Shown: one piece after another, positions 9,328-17,436 of the stretch
Numbering within the stretch: position 1 is the stretch's first letter
Layout of the letters: every line of letters begins with the position of its first letter
NCBI GenBank assembly: GCA_964452145.1
Contig: CAYVLA010000047.1
Span: 1 to 22,621 of the forward strand
Reading direction: 5' to 3'
Length of the DNA: 22,621 nt
From: Candidatus Hadarchaeota archaeon
GTDB lineage: Archaea; CAYQAE01; CAYVLA01
Made by a program: the position numbers and the translations under genes
Notes under the pieces: generated by a model
What the model was told of the DNA's origin: nothing
The model's input: only the letters and a program-made list of their open reading frames with translations
Databases searched by the model: none

Positions 9328-11349
9328 GTGCAGAGAGGCGAAACCAGAAGGGTTAACGTAAAGTTCCTGAAGAAGATGCGGAAGGCCCTGGGGACCCTCC
9401 CCGAAGCCGGCACTCAGGAGGAGATCGAGCGAAAGGCGTATCTGAGATACGTTCCCGTGGCAGCCCGGCGAAGGCTGGAGATGAAGAGCGCTGCCAAGGG
9501 TGACGATGATGCCCTTGAGGTCTTCAAAAGGCTTGGGGTTAGGGAGCCCGATGCCGCGGGATCCACCGAGCAGTCCGCCAGATCCCTCCTTGATCTGTCT
9601 GCCATGTCGACCCACGAGTTCGCCAGGTACGCCGATGAGGATCTGAAGGTGGAGTCCCTTGACGAGGTCTCGGTCCGCAAGAGCATGGGGGTCACCGTCG
9701 CCGAGCAGGGTCCCCTGAAGTTCCTCTCGGCTGAGGCCGTGTCGGGAGCCCACTTTGATACCCAGATCCCGGAGGAATTCCTGTCCATCCCCACGCAGTG
9801 GAAGGACAGTTCCCTTCCGGGCATTCACAAGGAGTACTGGCTGCAGAACCCCTACTCGAGGGCCGTGATCCGCTGGGAAGAGGAGAGCAAGGAGGCCGTC
9901 TACTGGGTCGTTGAGCCCGATCTCGACGAGCGGGAGAGATCGGTCCTTGAAAAAGTCAAGGTCATCATTCAGGAAGAGATCGAGTCGGACTTCTACACCC
10001 TTACGGAACTTGGCAAGGCCGAGTCATACTTCGACGAGAAGGTAGAGGAGATACTCGACGAGCTGAGGATCTCCTCGGACAAGGCCCAGAGGGACAAGTT
10101 CGCCTATTACCTGAAGAGAGACATGCTCGGCCTCGGCAAGATCGAGCCGTTCTTCCACGACTCGGCCATAGAGGACATCAGCTGCGACGGGGTGAGCGTT
10201 CCGGTCTACGTGTACCATAACCGGCACGGATCCCTCAGGACAAGCGTCTCATACGGAAGCTCCAAGGAGCTGGATGAGGCCGTCCTCAGGATCGCCCAGA
10301 AATGCGAGATGGACATCTCGGTAGCTGAACCCGTGCTGGACGGGCGACTGCCCGATGGGAGCAGGGTCAACGCCACCTTCGGCTCCGAAGTCACGATGCA
10401 CGGAGGGACCTTCACGATCCGGAGATTCAGGGAAGAACCGCTCACACCCGTCCATATGGCTGACTGGAACACCTGTTCGCCGACGATCCTGGCCCTGATC
10501 TGGATGGCTCTCCAGCACAAGTACACCGGGTCGTTGATGGTCTCAGGAGCGACCGCATCAGGCAAGACTTCCATGCTCAACGCCCTGGCGATGTTCATCC
10601 CGCCCGAGTCCAAAGTGGTTACGATCGAGGACACCCAGGAGCTACAACTGCCCATGAAGCACTGGCTGCCGGCCGTTGCCCGACATGGCTTCGGCCCCGC
10701 AGACTCAACGGGGAGGAGGAGGGGCGAGGTCTCCATGTTCGACCTGCTGAGAGCTGCGTTGAGGCAGAGGCCGGACTACATGGTCGTGGGCGAGGTCAGG
10801 GGTGAGGAGGCCTACGTGATGTTCCAGGGCATGGCCACCGGCCACCCGTCCTTGGGCACCATCCACGCAGATTCCGTGACATCCCTTCTGCACAGGCTGA
10901 TAACAAGGCCCATAAACCTGCCCCCGAGCCTTCTGTCCCATCTCAACACCCTGATGATACAGGGTGTGATCGTCACCGGCGGAAGGAAGATGAGGAGGAC
11001 GCTCAACCTCACGGAGATCGTGACCGTCGACCCGAAGACCGAGACCCCGGTGACCAGGCAGCTCTTCAAATGGAACCCCAAAACCGATACCCACGAGTTC
11101 GTGGCCAGGGAGAGCACTCTGATCAGCAAGATAGCGTTCATCCGGGGCATAGATGAGAAGGAGGTCTGGGACGAGATCACCAGAAGGGCCCTTTTCATCG
11201 ACTGGATGAGGCAGGAGAAGATCTTCGACTTCAAGAAGGTCGGGGAGCTCATCGCCGAGTACTACAAGTCGCCCGACATTGCCCTGGAGAGGGTCTTCAA
11301 GTCCAAGAAGCGCAAGCGGGGGGAGGAAGCTGTCCCAGAAGGAGTCTGA
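9328..11349 (+). CDS. pilB: Type IV pilus / type II-IV secretion assembly ATPase (archaeal PilB/ArlI-VirB11 family)
   Basis: IEDISCDG, Walker A GATASGKTS, Asp box VTIEDTQEL, LRAALRQRPD, Walker B YMVVGEVRG, His box GHPSLGTIHA. GTG start preceded by AGGTGA. Confidence 0.95.
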   Translation: MQRGETRRVNVKFLKKMRKALGTLPEAGTQEEIERKAYLRYVPVAARRRLEMKSAAKGDDDALEVFKRLGVREPDAAGSTEQSARSLLDLSAMSTHEFARYADEDLKVESLDEVSVRKSMGVTVAEQGPLKFLSAEAVSGAHFDTQIPEEFLSIPTQWKDSSLPGIHKEYWLQNPYSRAVIRWEEESKEAVYWVVEPDLDERERSVLEKVKVIIQEEIESDFYTLTELGKAESYFDEKVEEILDELRISSDKAQRDKFAYYLKRDMLGLGKIEPFFHDSAIEDISCDGVSVPVYVYHNRHGSLRTSVSYGSSKELDEAVLRIAQKCEMDISVAEPVLDGRLPDGSRVNATFGSEVTMHGGTFTIRRFREEPLTPVHMADWNTCSPTILALIWMALQHKYTGSLMVSGATASGKTSMLNALAMFIPPESKVVTIEDTQELQLPMKHWLPAVARHGFGPADSTGRRRGEVSMFDLLRAALRQRPDYMVVGEVRGEEAYVMFQGMATGHPSLGTIHADSVTSLLHRLITRPINLPPSLLSHLNTLMIQGVIVTGGRKMRRTLNLTEIVTVDPKTETPVTRQLFKWNPKTDTHEFVARESTLISKIAFIRGIDEKEVWDEITRRALFIDWMRQEKIFDFKKVGELIAEYYKSPDIALERVFKSKKRKRGEEAVPEGV

Positions 11350-12259
11350 GGTCCAGAACAAGGAGGAGTCCGAGGATAGGAAGCCCGAGTACAGGGCAAG
11401 GAGGGGCTTCCTGGCCAACTACTGTAAGAGGGCCCATCGAACCGTTGGAAGGCTCGTGGACCCGAGGATAGGTTGGCTGCCCGATTTCGGCCCCGGCCTG
11501 CGCCAGGGCGATCTGCCCATCAACAGCGGGGCATATGCCAGCGCGGTGGTATTCACCATGGGGGTCGCCTTCGCGGGCAGTTTCGCTGGACTCCTCATCC
11601 TGGGTCTGATCATCAGCATCCCGTTTCTGGCGATCGGCTCGGTTCTGTCCATGCCGATCGTATTCGGGGCCTTCTACATGTACCCCAGCTATCGCGCATC
11701 GACCAGAAAGGCGAACATAGAGCAGAACCTCCCATTCGCAGTCGCAGCCATGGCGACCATGGCGGGCTCGGGTGCACACACCCTTGAGATGTTCAAGACC
11801 ATCGCCGAGGGGAACCGATACGGCGACATGTCCAGGGAGGCCCTCAAGATCGTCTCGGATGTTGAGAACCTGGGATACACGGTGAAGTCCGCCATAGAGA
11901 GGGGAATCGAGAGAACCCCTTCCCCCAAGCTTAGGGGATTGCTGTACAAGATGATCAGCACGATGATGTCAGGAGGCGATCTCAAGTCCCTTCTGATGAT
12001 CCAGGCCGAGAAGGTCATCGATGACACTAAGAGGGATCAGGAGGCCTCCATAGAGACGCTGGGCATGGTGTCCGAGGCCTACACCGTGATACTCATACTC
12101 GGGCCCGTCCTGGCCCTCGTCATGAGCGTGATCATGATGTTGCTGCTGCCGACGATGGAGTCGATGATGAAGATGCTGCAGTACGCCCTCCTGCTGATGG
12201 TCCCGGTGGGGTACATCGTCTTCACCGTGATGACCAGCGCTATCAAACCCAACCTGTAG
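11330..12259 (+). CDS. Type II secretion system F domain membrane platform protein (TadC/PilC/ArlJ-like) 1
   Basis: RKANIEQNLPFAVAAMATMAGSG, YGDMSREA..IVSDVENLG, TPSPKL, SGGDL, several TM helices. Start is uncertain: CTG 11330 follows a GGGGAGG RBS; the track's 11279 is less plausible. Confidence 0.88.
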   Translation: MSQKESEVQNKEESEDRKPEYRARRGFLANYCKRAHRTVGRLVDPRIGWLPDFGPGLRQGDLPINSGAYASAVVFTMGVAFAGSFAGLLILGLIISIPFLAIGSVLSMPIVFGAFYMYPSYRASTRKANIEQNLPFAVAAMATMAGSGAHTLEMFKTIAEGNRYGDMSREALKIVSDVENLGYTVKSAIERGIERTPSPKLRGLLYKMISTMMSGGDLKSLLMIQAEKVIDDTKRDQEASIETLGMVSEAYTVILILGPVLALVMSVIMMLLLPTMESMMKMLQYALLLMVPVGYIVFTVMTSAIKPNL

Positions 12260-12268
12260 GAGATCGAC

Positions 12269-13234
12269 ATGTCGGCCCAACCAAAGCCCATCGTCATAAA
12301 GCGGTCCAAGGGACTGCTCCTGGACTCCCTTCTGTACATACACCTCGGGCTTTCAAGCCTCCTGTTCGTCGGCTTCATCTGCCTGATGATGGTGTACCTG
12401 GGCTGGCCCGATGGGAGGATGGCGGGTCTCTTTCCCGGGTTCGTCCGGGTCGTCGCGACGAAGTACTACACCGAGGTGCTGATAGGTCTGTTCTTCCTGC
12501 TGCTGGGGCCCTACGTCGTGTCCAGGAATCGGGCCTACAGCAGGCTCCTGAACATGGAGTCAAGGTTTCCGGAATGGCTCATCGACGTGGCGGAGGCCAA
12601 GGAGGCGGGCATGACGCTGGCACAGTCGATCTACTCCACGGCCAGCTCAAACTACTCCGCCCTCACGAACGAGGTCAAGCGAATGGCGACCGAGATCTCG
12701 TGGGGACGCTCATTCGAAAGGGTCCTTGCCGACTTCGCCATTCGATCGAAGAGCAAGTTCATCGCCTCGACGATATACACCATCATCGCAGCGAACCGGG
12801 CCGGCGGGGAGATCACGAGCACGATCAGATCGGCCGCCGACGCAGCCGAGAAGCGCCAGACGATCAGGAAGGAGCAGTCGGCCGGCATGAAGCAGTACGT
12901 CTACATGTCGTACTTCTCTTTCATGATCTTCATCGGAGTCGTCTTCATAGTCTACACCAGCTTCCTGAAGGAGCTCGGCGGACTTCAGCTGGGCGGATTC
13001 TCGTTCTCAGCAACGCAGTCCACCACCGAGCTGACGAGTGCCGAGAAGGCGGCCAAGCTGGCCCACTACAGGTTCGTCATCAAGATACTGATGATAGAGT
13101 CTGCCCTCGGAGGCGGACTGTATGCCGGGGTGCTGGAGAAGGGTTCAGCTTTCGCAGGCCTCAAGCATGCCGTGGTGTTGTTGCTGGTAGCCTATGCGGG
13201 CTTGTTCTTCACCTTCGGCGGATCGATCATCTAG
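12269..13234 (+). CDS. Type II secretion system F domain membrane platform protein (TadC/PilC-like) 2
   Basis: MESRFPEWLIDVAEAKEAGMTL, YSALTNEV..ISWG, AGGEI, several TM helices, AGLKHAVVLL. RBS AGGAG. Confidence 0.9.
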   Translation: MSAQPKPIVIKRSKGLLLDSLLYIHLGLSSLLFVGFICLMMVYLGWPDGRMAGLFPGFVRVVATKYYTEVLIGLFFLLLGPYVVSRNRAYSRLLNMESRFPEWLIDVAEAKEAGMTLAQSIYSTASSNYSALTNEVKRMATEISWGRSFERVLADFAIRSKSKFIASTIYTIIAANRAGGEITSTIRSAADAAEKRQTIRKEQSAGMKQYVYMSYFSFMIFIGVVFIVYTSFLKELGGLQLGGFSFSATQSTTELTSAEKAAKLAHYRFVIKILMIESALGGGLYAGVLEKGSAFAGLKHAVVLLLVAYAGLFFTFGGSII

Positions 13235-13244
13235 GGGATGAAAC

Positions 13245-15770
13245 ATGTCGGATTCCGATATCAAGCTGACGGCGATGCCCGACAGAATGGTGAACGATGG
13301 GGGGTGCAAGAGCAGGATAGTTGCCTCGGTATCCGAAAAGGGCGAGCCCAGCCAGAAGACCGCCCTCTACGTCGGCACAACATGGGGCGAGCTCTACGCT
13401 CTTGAGGAGACGGAATTCGCCAAGACCCAGCAGGGCGACAAGGAGCTTGTCAAGGTCAAGACCGATGATCGCGGGCATGCCACCATGGGGCTACGCCTGG
13501 ACAGTGCTCTGGGGATTGCCCACTTGGCGGCGGGCAAGAAGAAGGGCGATGTGGCCGCGGTGCTCGCCAAGTTGGAGAAGGGGGAGGACCTGGGCAGGCC
13601 GCCTAAGGGAGTCGCAACCACCCGTGTCGTCATCGAGGCCGGGAAGCCCTACAAGATCATCCTGGAGACCGATGCGGATCAGGTCACGGCCGACGGGGTA
13701 TCTACGGCCCTCATCACCGCGACGGTTACCGACAAGTTCGGCAACCCGATAGCGGGCAGCGAGGTCTCCTTCCAGACGGATCTGGGCACGATCGATCCGG
13801 GCAGGGTCAACTGCCTAACAGACGAAAATGGAAGGGCAACGACCACGCTGTCCTCCCACAAGACCGGCAAAGCCGATCTCATCGCCACCAACAGATACCG
13901 AAGCTGGCTCGAAGACGTCATACCCAACCTCGAGAAGAGGGAGCGCAAGTTCGGATTCCTCAAGGAGAGAAACTCGGCCCCAACAACCCTGGTCGACGGT
14001 GAGGAAACGCTCTCCGACAGGGTGTCCGTTAGATTCGTGCCATCCGCTCCGTCAAGCCTGATCGTCAGTGCCGACCGATCCTCCTTGCCCGCGGACGGCA
14101 GATCGCGCGTCTGCATAAGCGCCCTGATCAAGGACGAGTTTGGCAGCCCCATCGATGGCCAGGGCCTGGTCTTCGAGACCGATCTCGGCGAGATAGAGCC
14201 CAAGGAAGCCGTGACCGGCTCAGACGGCGGGGCAACGGTCCACCTCACCTCCACAAAGGTCGGCGATGCCTCGGTCAGGGTCCGGACCCTGGGTGAGGGC
14301 GACGGCCTTCTCTCTGCGATTCAGGTGACCTTTGAGGCGGCATCCCCTGCCACCGTCCAGCTCTCCTCCGATCCGGAGACGAATGTCGCCGACGGGAAGA
14401 GCGAGTGTCTCGTGTCGGCTTGGGTTAGGGACGAGATGGGCAACCCGGTGCCCGGCAAGACGATCGCTTTCGAGACCGATCTGGGCTCAATCGCTCCAGG
14501 CCCGACGGCCGTCTCGGACAAGGACGGAAGGGCCGATGTGCGCCTGACCTCGCGAGTCGCCGGGGTGGCGCACATCAGCTGCAGGTGCGAGGGGGCGTCA
14601 GGAGGCATGGAGATCGAGTTCAGGTCCGGGCCAGCCAAGTCCATCGCGATGGCGCTGAATCCGACCGTGGAGGAGGGCTGGAGGAACAGGATCCCGGCCG
14701 ACCACATCAAACAGCTGCAGCATGCTCTGAGACACCTGGAGGAGAGGAGGTTCACGGAGGCCATCGGAGTGCTCGAGAAGGAGAAGGAGAGAATAGAGCG
14801 GACCTCCAACCTGCCCGCCCTCTGCGACCTGGCCTTCGCCTACCAGCAATCCGGTCGGAAGAAGGAGGCCGAAGCGGTGTACAACTCCATCATACAACGC
14901 AACGGAGCGAGAAGGGAGATACGAGTCACGGTGAACGAACTGGGCGAGGCCTTCGGGGTCGTATTGCCCGGGGCCAACGGGGGTGAAGCCCCCGCCGAGA
15001 AGGAGTTCATGGATCTTGACCCCAGGGACTACCTGATCAACATAGTGGTCACCGACGACAATGGTAATCAGATACCCGGTCTGCCCGTGCAGTTCGATGC
15101 CAACTTCGGCTGGGTGCCCGAGGAGTACAGGAAGGCCAGCACCAACCAGGCGGGCGCAGCCAGCTCGGTTGTGACAACCTTTGCGCCGCTGGGATCGTCC
15201 GAGATCGAGTTCGCCTGGGTCAACCTTGGCCTCATGAAGGAGAATGCCCTGGACTACGCGGGGGCCGAGGAATGCTACAGATCGGCGATAAGGGTGATGC
15301 CGGAGTCCACCCGGGCCCTTGAGTGTCTGGCATCGGTGCTGGTTAAGACCGGAAACGTGGACGAAGCCAAGAAGTGCTACTATAACCTGGGCCGGGCCTA
15401 CTCGAAGAAGGGTCAGTTCGCCAAAGCCATCGAACACCACAACAAGGCCATCGAGCTGGACCCCAAATACGCCAGAGCCTTGGCCGGGTCGGGCTCTGCG
15501 TACCTGAGGCTGGGCGAGCTGAGCAGGGCCAGACGATACCTGGAGGAAAGCGTCAGGCTGTCCAAATCCCTCAAGGCCGCGCAGGCCAATCTCGGGCTGC
15601 TGTACTATCTGGTCGGGGAGTTCGATAAGGCAATCGCGATGAACAAGAGGGCTTTGAAGCTGGATCCTGATTTCAAGCCCGCGTTGGTCAACCTGCACCA
15701 GATCCATATGGCTAGGGGAGAGAGGGACAAGGCTCGCGAGTATTCAACCAAGATAAGGCAGCTGGGGTGA
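13245..15770 (+). CDS. Invasin/intimin-type Big_1 (Ig-like) repeat plus TPR protein, no signal peptide
   Basis: Repeats of ADG.S...I.A.V.D.FGNP..G..V.F.TDLG.I....TD..G.A...L.S. C-terminal TPRs (AWVNLG, YYNLGRAY..KAIELDPKYARA, ANLGLLY..RALKLDPDF). Confidence 0.88.
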   Translation: MSDSDIKLTAMPDRMVNDGGCKSRIVASVSEKGEPSQKTALYVGTTWGELYALEETEFAKTQQGDKELVKVKTDDRGHATMGLRLDSALGIAHLAAGKKKGDVAAVLAKLEKGEDLGRPPKGVATTRVVIEAGKPYKIILETDADQVTADGVSTALITATVTDKFGNPIAGSEVSFQTDLGTIDPGRVNCLTDENGRATTTLSSHKTGKADLIATNRYRSWLEDVIPNLEKRERKFGFLKERNSAPTTLVDGEETLSDRVSVRFVPSAPSSLIVSADRSSLPADGRSRVCISALIKDEFGSPIDGQGLVFETDLGEIEPKEAVTGSDGGATVHLTSTKVGDASVRVRTLGEGDGLLSAIQVTFEAASPATVQLSSDPETNVADGKSECLVSAWVRDEMGNPVPGKTIAFETDLGSIAPGPTAVSDKDGRADVRLTSRVAGVAHISCRCEGASGGMEIEFRSGPAKSIAMALNPTVEEGWRNRIPADHIKQLQHALRHLEERRFTEAIGVLEKEKERIERTSNLPALCDLAFAYQQSGRKKEAEAVYNSIIQRNGARREIRVTVNELGEAFGVVLPGANGGEAPAEKEFMDLDPRDYLINIVVTDDNGNQIPGLPVQFDANFGWVPEEYRKASTNQAGAASSVVTTFAPLGSSEIEFAWVNLGLMKENALDYAGAEECYRSAIRVMPESTRALECLASVLVKTGNVDEAKKCYYNLGRAYSKKGQFAKAIEHHNKAIELDPKYARALAGSGSAYLRLGELSRARRYLEESVRLSKSLKAAQANLGLLYYLVGEFDKAIAMNKRALKLDPDFKPALVNLHQIHMARGERDKAREYSTKIRQLG

Positions 15771-15776
15771 TCGGGG

Positions 15777-16376
15777 TTGGCCGCCGAGGCTGTGGATTCG
15801 CAGATCGAGAGGAATCTATGCCAGCTGGCCAACGTGTTCTCCACCTCGACGCGGCAGAGGATAATCCGACTGCTTGCATCTGGGCAGGCCTACACCTTCA
15901 CCGAGATACTCAACCATCTTCGCACCTATGACCAGAACATGCGATCCAACAACCTGAGTTACCACCTCAAAGAACTCGGCGATCTGATCGAGCAGAACGA
16001 CAAGGCCGAATACCGGATAACCCCCAAGGGGCAGTACGTCAAGGAGATCCTGGAGGATCTGGAGGCGACTGCCAACCTCGGCCCCGAGGAAGACCCCCAG
16101 AAGGAGAACGGATCCCCGGGCATGGAGATCGAGAAAGTGGTCATAGGGGGCATGATGGTGAGGGTGTCCCCTAGGAACTTCGCAAGGCTTGCGAAGGAAA
16201 CGGGGAGGCTTGTGATACACTGCAAGATCGGGACCTTCCGGCCCAAAGACCTCTACCTGGCCTGCATCGACGGGATCAGCTACTACTGCAAGAGCAAGAG
16301 GCCGCTGGAAGGGCTGGACAGGATTGCGGACGCGCTGAGGATTGAGATACCGAAGAACATGATAATGGACATGTAG
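15777..16376 (+). CDS. ArsR-type winged HTH regulator fused to an uncharacterised C-terminal domain
   Basis: TRQRIIRLL..YTFTEI..SNNLSYHLKEL..YRITPKG. TTG start after GGGGTGA. Distinct C-terminal domain VRVSPRNF..YLACIDGISYYCKS..IEIP. Confidence 0.85.
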   Translation: MAAEAVDSQIERNLCQLANVFSTSTRQRIIRLLASGQAYTFTEILNHLRTYDQNMRSNNLSYHLKELGDLIEQNDKAEYRITPKGQYVKEILEDLEATANLGPEEDPQKENGSPGMEIEKVVIGGMMVRVSPRNFARLAKETGRLVIHCKIGTFRPKDLYLACIDGISYYCKSKRPLEGLDRIADALRIEIPKNMIMDM

Positions 16377-16460
16377 GTCAATTTTCTTTGACCATGCGGC
16401 GCCGTTCGTGTCAGGCCCCGTTGACCGAATACGATTTGAGCAACATGGTCCAGAAATATA

Positions 16461-16478
16461 TGCAAAACCTTTATAAAA
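16461..16478 (+). promoter_or_regulatory. BRE/TATA promoter of the major pilin gene
   Basis: TGCAAAACCTTTATAAAA, a near-consensus archaeal promoter. RBS GGAGGTGA at 16571-16578. Confidence 0.8.
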
Positions 16479-16585
16479 TCTGCATCACACAGCCTCTCTA
16501 CACCAAAAATCTGCAATGACATCAGCAAGATGTCCTGCCGATGCCTTTGTGTGAACGAGACAAGGTTGCGGGAGGTGAGAAAAGC

Positions 16586-17023
16586 ATGTTTAGTGAAAAG
16601 CGCGCAATCACCCCGGTCATAGCGACACTGCTGCTGATCGCCATCACCGTCGCAGCGGTTGCAGGGTTCTACATCTTCTACACCAACTTCATAAGGCAGC
16701 AGGATGTTGGAGCCAAGCAGCCATCGGTCGTCATTTCAGGTCCAAACAACGCAGCTCAAAACGATGTGATCACGGTAACCATCAAGAACTCAGGGAACAT
16801 CGATCTCAACATAGTCGCAACTGGCGTCACGCAACTCGGAACCATCACCTGGACGACCACTAACTGGTGGGTCGTTACCGGCCTCAAGCCTGGCCAAGTG
16901 CTTTCGGGCACGGGCACCCTTGGTGCTGCGGCTGGAACGCCGGCACGCTGGGAGGTTCGTTTGACAGCGACCACCACAGGTGGAAGCAGCATACAGGACG
17001 TCCTGGTGATCAAGCAGGCCTAA
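16586..17023 (+). CDS. pilA: Major type IV pilin (archaeal class III signal peptide), 145 aa
   Basis: MFSEKRA|ITPVIATLLLIAITVAAVAGFY, then a small beta-sandwich (VTIKNSGNIDL..LKPGQ). ATG 16586 follows a perfect RBS; the track start 16541 is too early. Confidence 0.92.
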   Translation: MFSEKRAITPVIATLLLIAITVAAVAGFYIFYTNFIRQQDVGAKQPSVVISGPNNAAQNDVITVTIKNSGNIDLNIVATGVTQLGTITWTTTNWWVVTGLKPGQVLSGTGTLGAAAGTPARWEVRLTATTTGGSSIQDVLVIKQA

Positions 17024-17025
17024 GC

Positions 17026-17042
17026 TTTGATCTCTCCTTTTT
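17026..17042 (+). terminator. Putative oligo(T) archaeal terminator of the pilin gene
   Basis: TTTGATCTCTCCTTTTT pyrimidine/T tract just after the TAA. A second T tract lies at 17132-17149. Confidence 0.55.
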
Positions 17043-17048
17043 GATGGG

Positions 17049-17133
17049 AATGCAGACCAGGGATCCGGCCGCTCACCCGGGGAAGAAAGTGAATCCTCTG
17101 AAACGATCGAGGGCCCGTTCTCTGGGCTGCATT
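17049..17133 (+). repeat. Long imperfect inverted repeat / hairpin followed by a T tract
   Basis: Arm 17049-17074 pairs with 17109-17133: 22 pairs including one G-U, 3 mismatches, 1 bulge, 34-nt loop. Confidence 0.7.
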
Positions 17134-17369
17134 TTTTCCGTTTCTTTTTGGCTCTTATCGCCCAATAGTCTCACAGTCCTGGCGACTCACCTTGTGCCTT
17201 GGTCCTGGCAGTTCCTGCTACCTCGGTTCCTGGCCCGTGCGTGCTTTCCACCACAGGGCGTCGAGCCTCGGCGAGGTGTACGGAAACTCATTGAATGGTT
17301 CCCATCGCGGGCGTCTGCGGTAATAAATGCGGTCAGTCGTAGAAACATGGAGATTTCTGCGGGGCATCT

Positions 17370-17385
17370 GAATAATATTTAAATA
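17370..17385 (+). promoter_or_regulatory. Putative TATA promoter for the minor-pilin operon
   Basis: GAATAATATTTAAATA about 55 nt before TTG 17437. Confidence 0.6.
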
Positions 17386-17436
17386 GATATGGTCCAAGTC
17401 GCATAGACTGCACGACGGGTAGAAAGGGGTTTCGCC

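Noticed and set aside
8746..15707. Long alternative-frame and antisense ORFs (8746-9828, 8895-9326, 10705-11418, 14598-15707 and similar)
   Set aside because: Shadow ORFs expected in GC-rich coding DNA; they overlap well-supported genes and show no recognisable motifs.
9328..17023. Archaellum operon
   Set aside because: No ArlC-G genes, the platform is split into two TadC-like genes, and the filament subunit is a short pilin.
17024..17436. CRISPR array, tRNA or SECIS element
   Set aside because: Repeats are only 7 nt, no cloverleaf is evident, and there is no in-frame UGA gene nearby.
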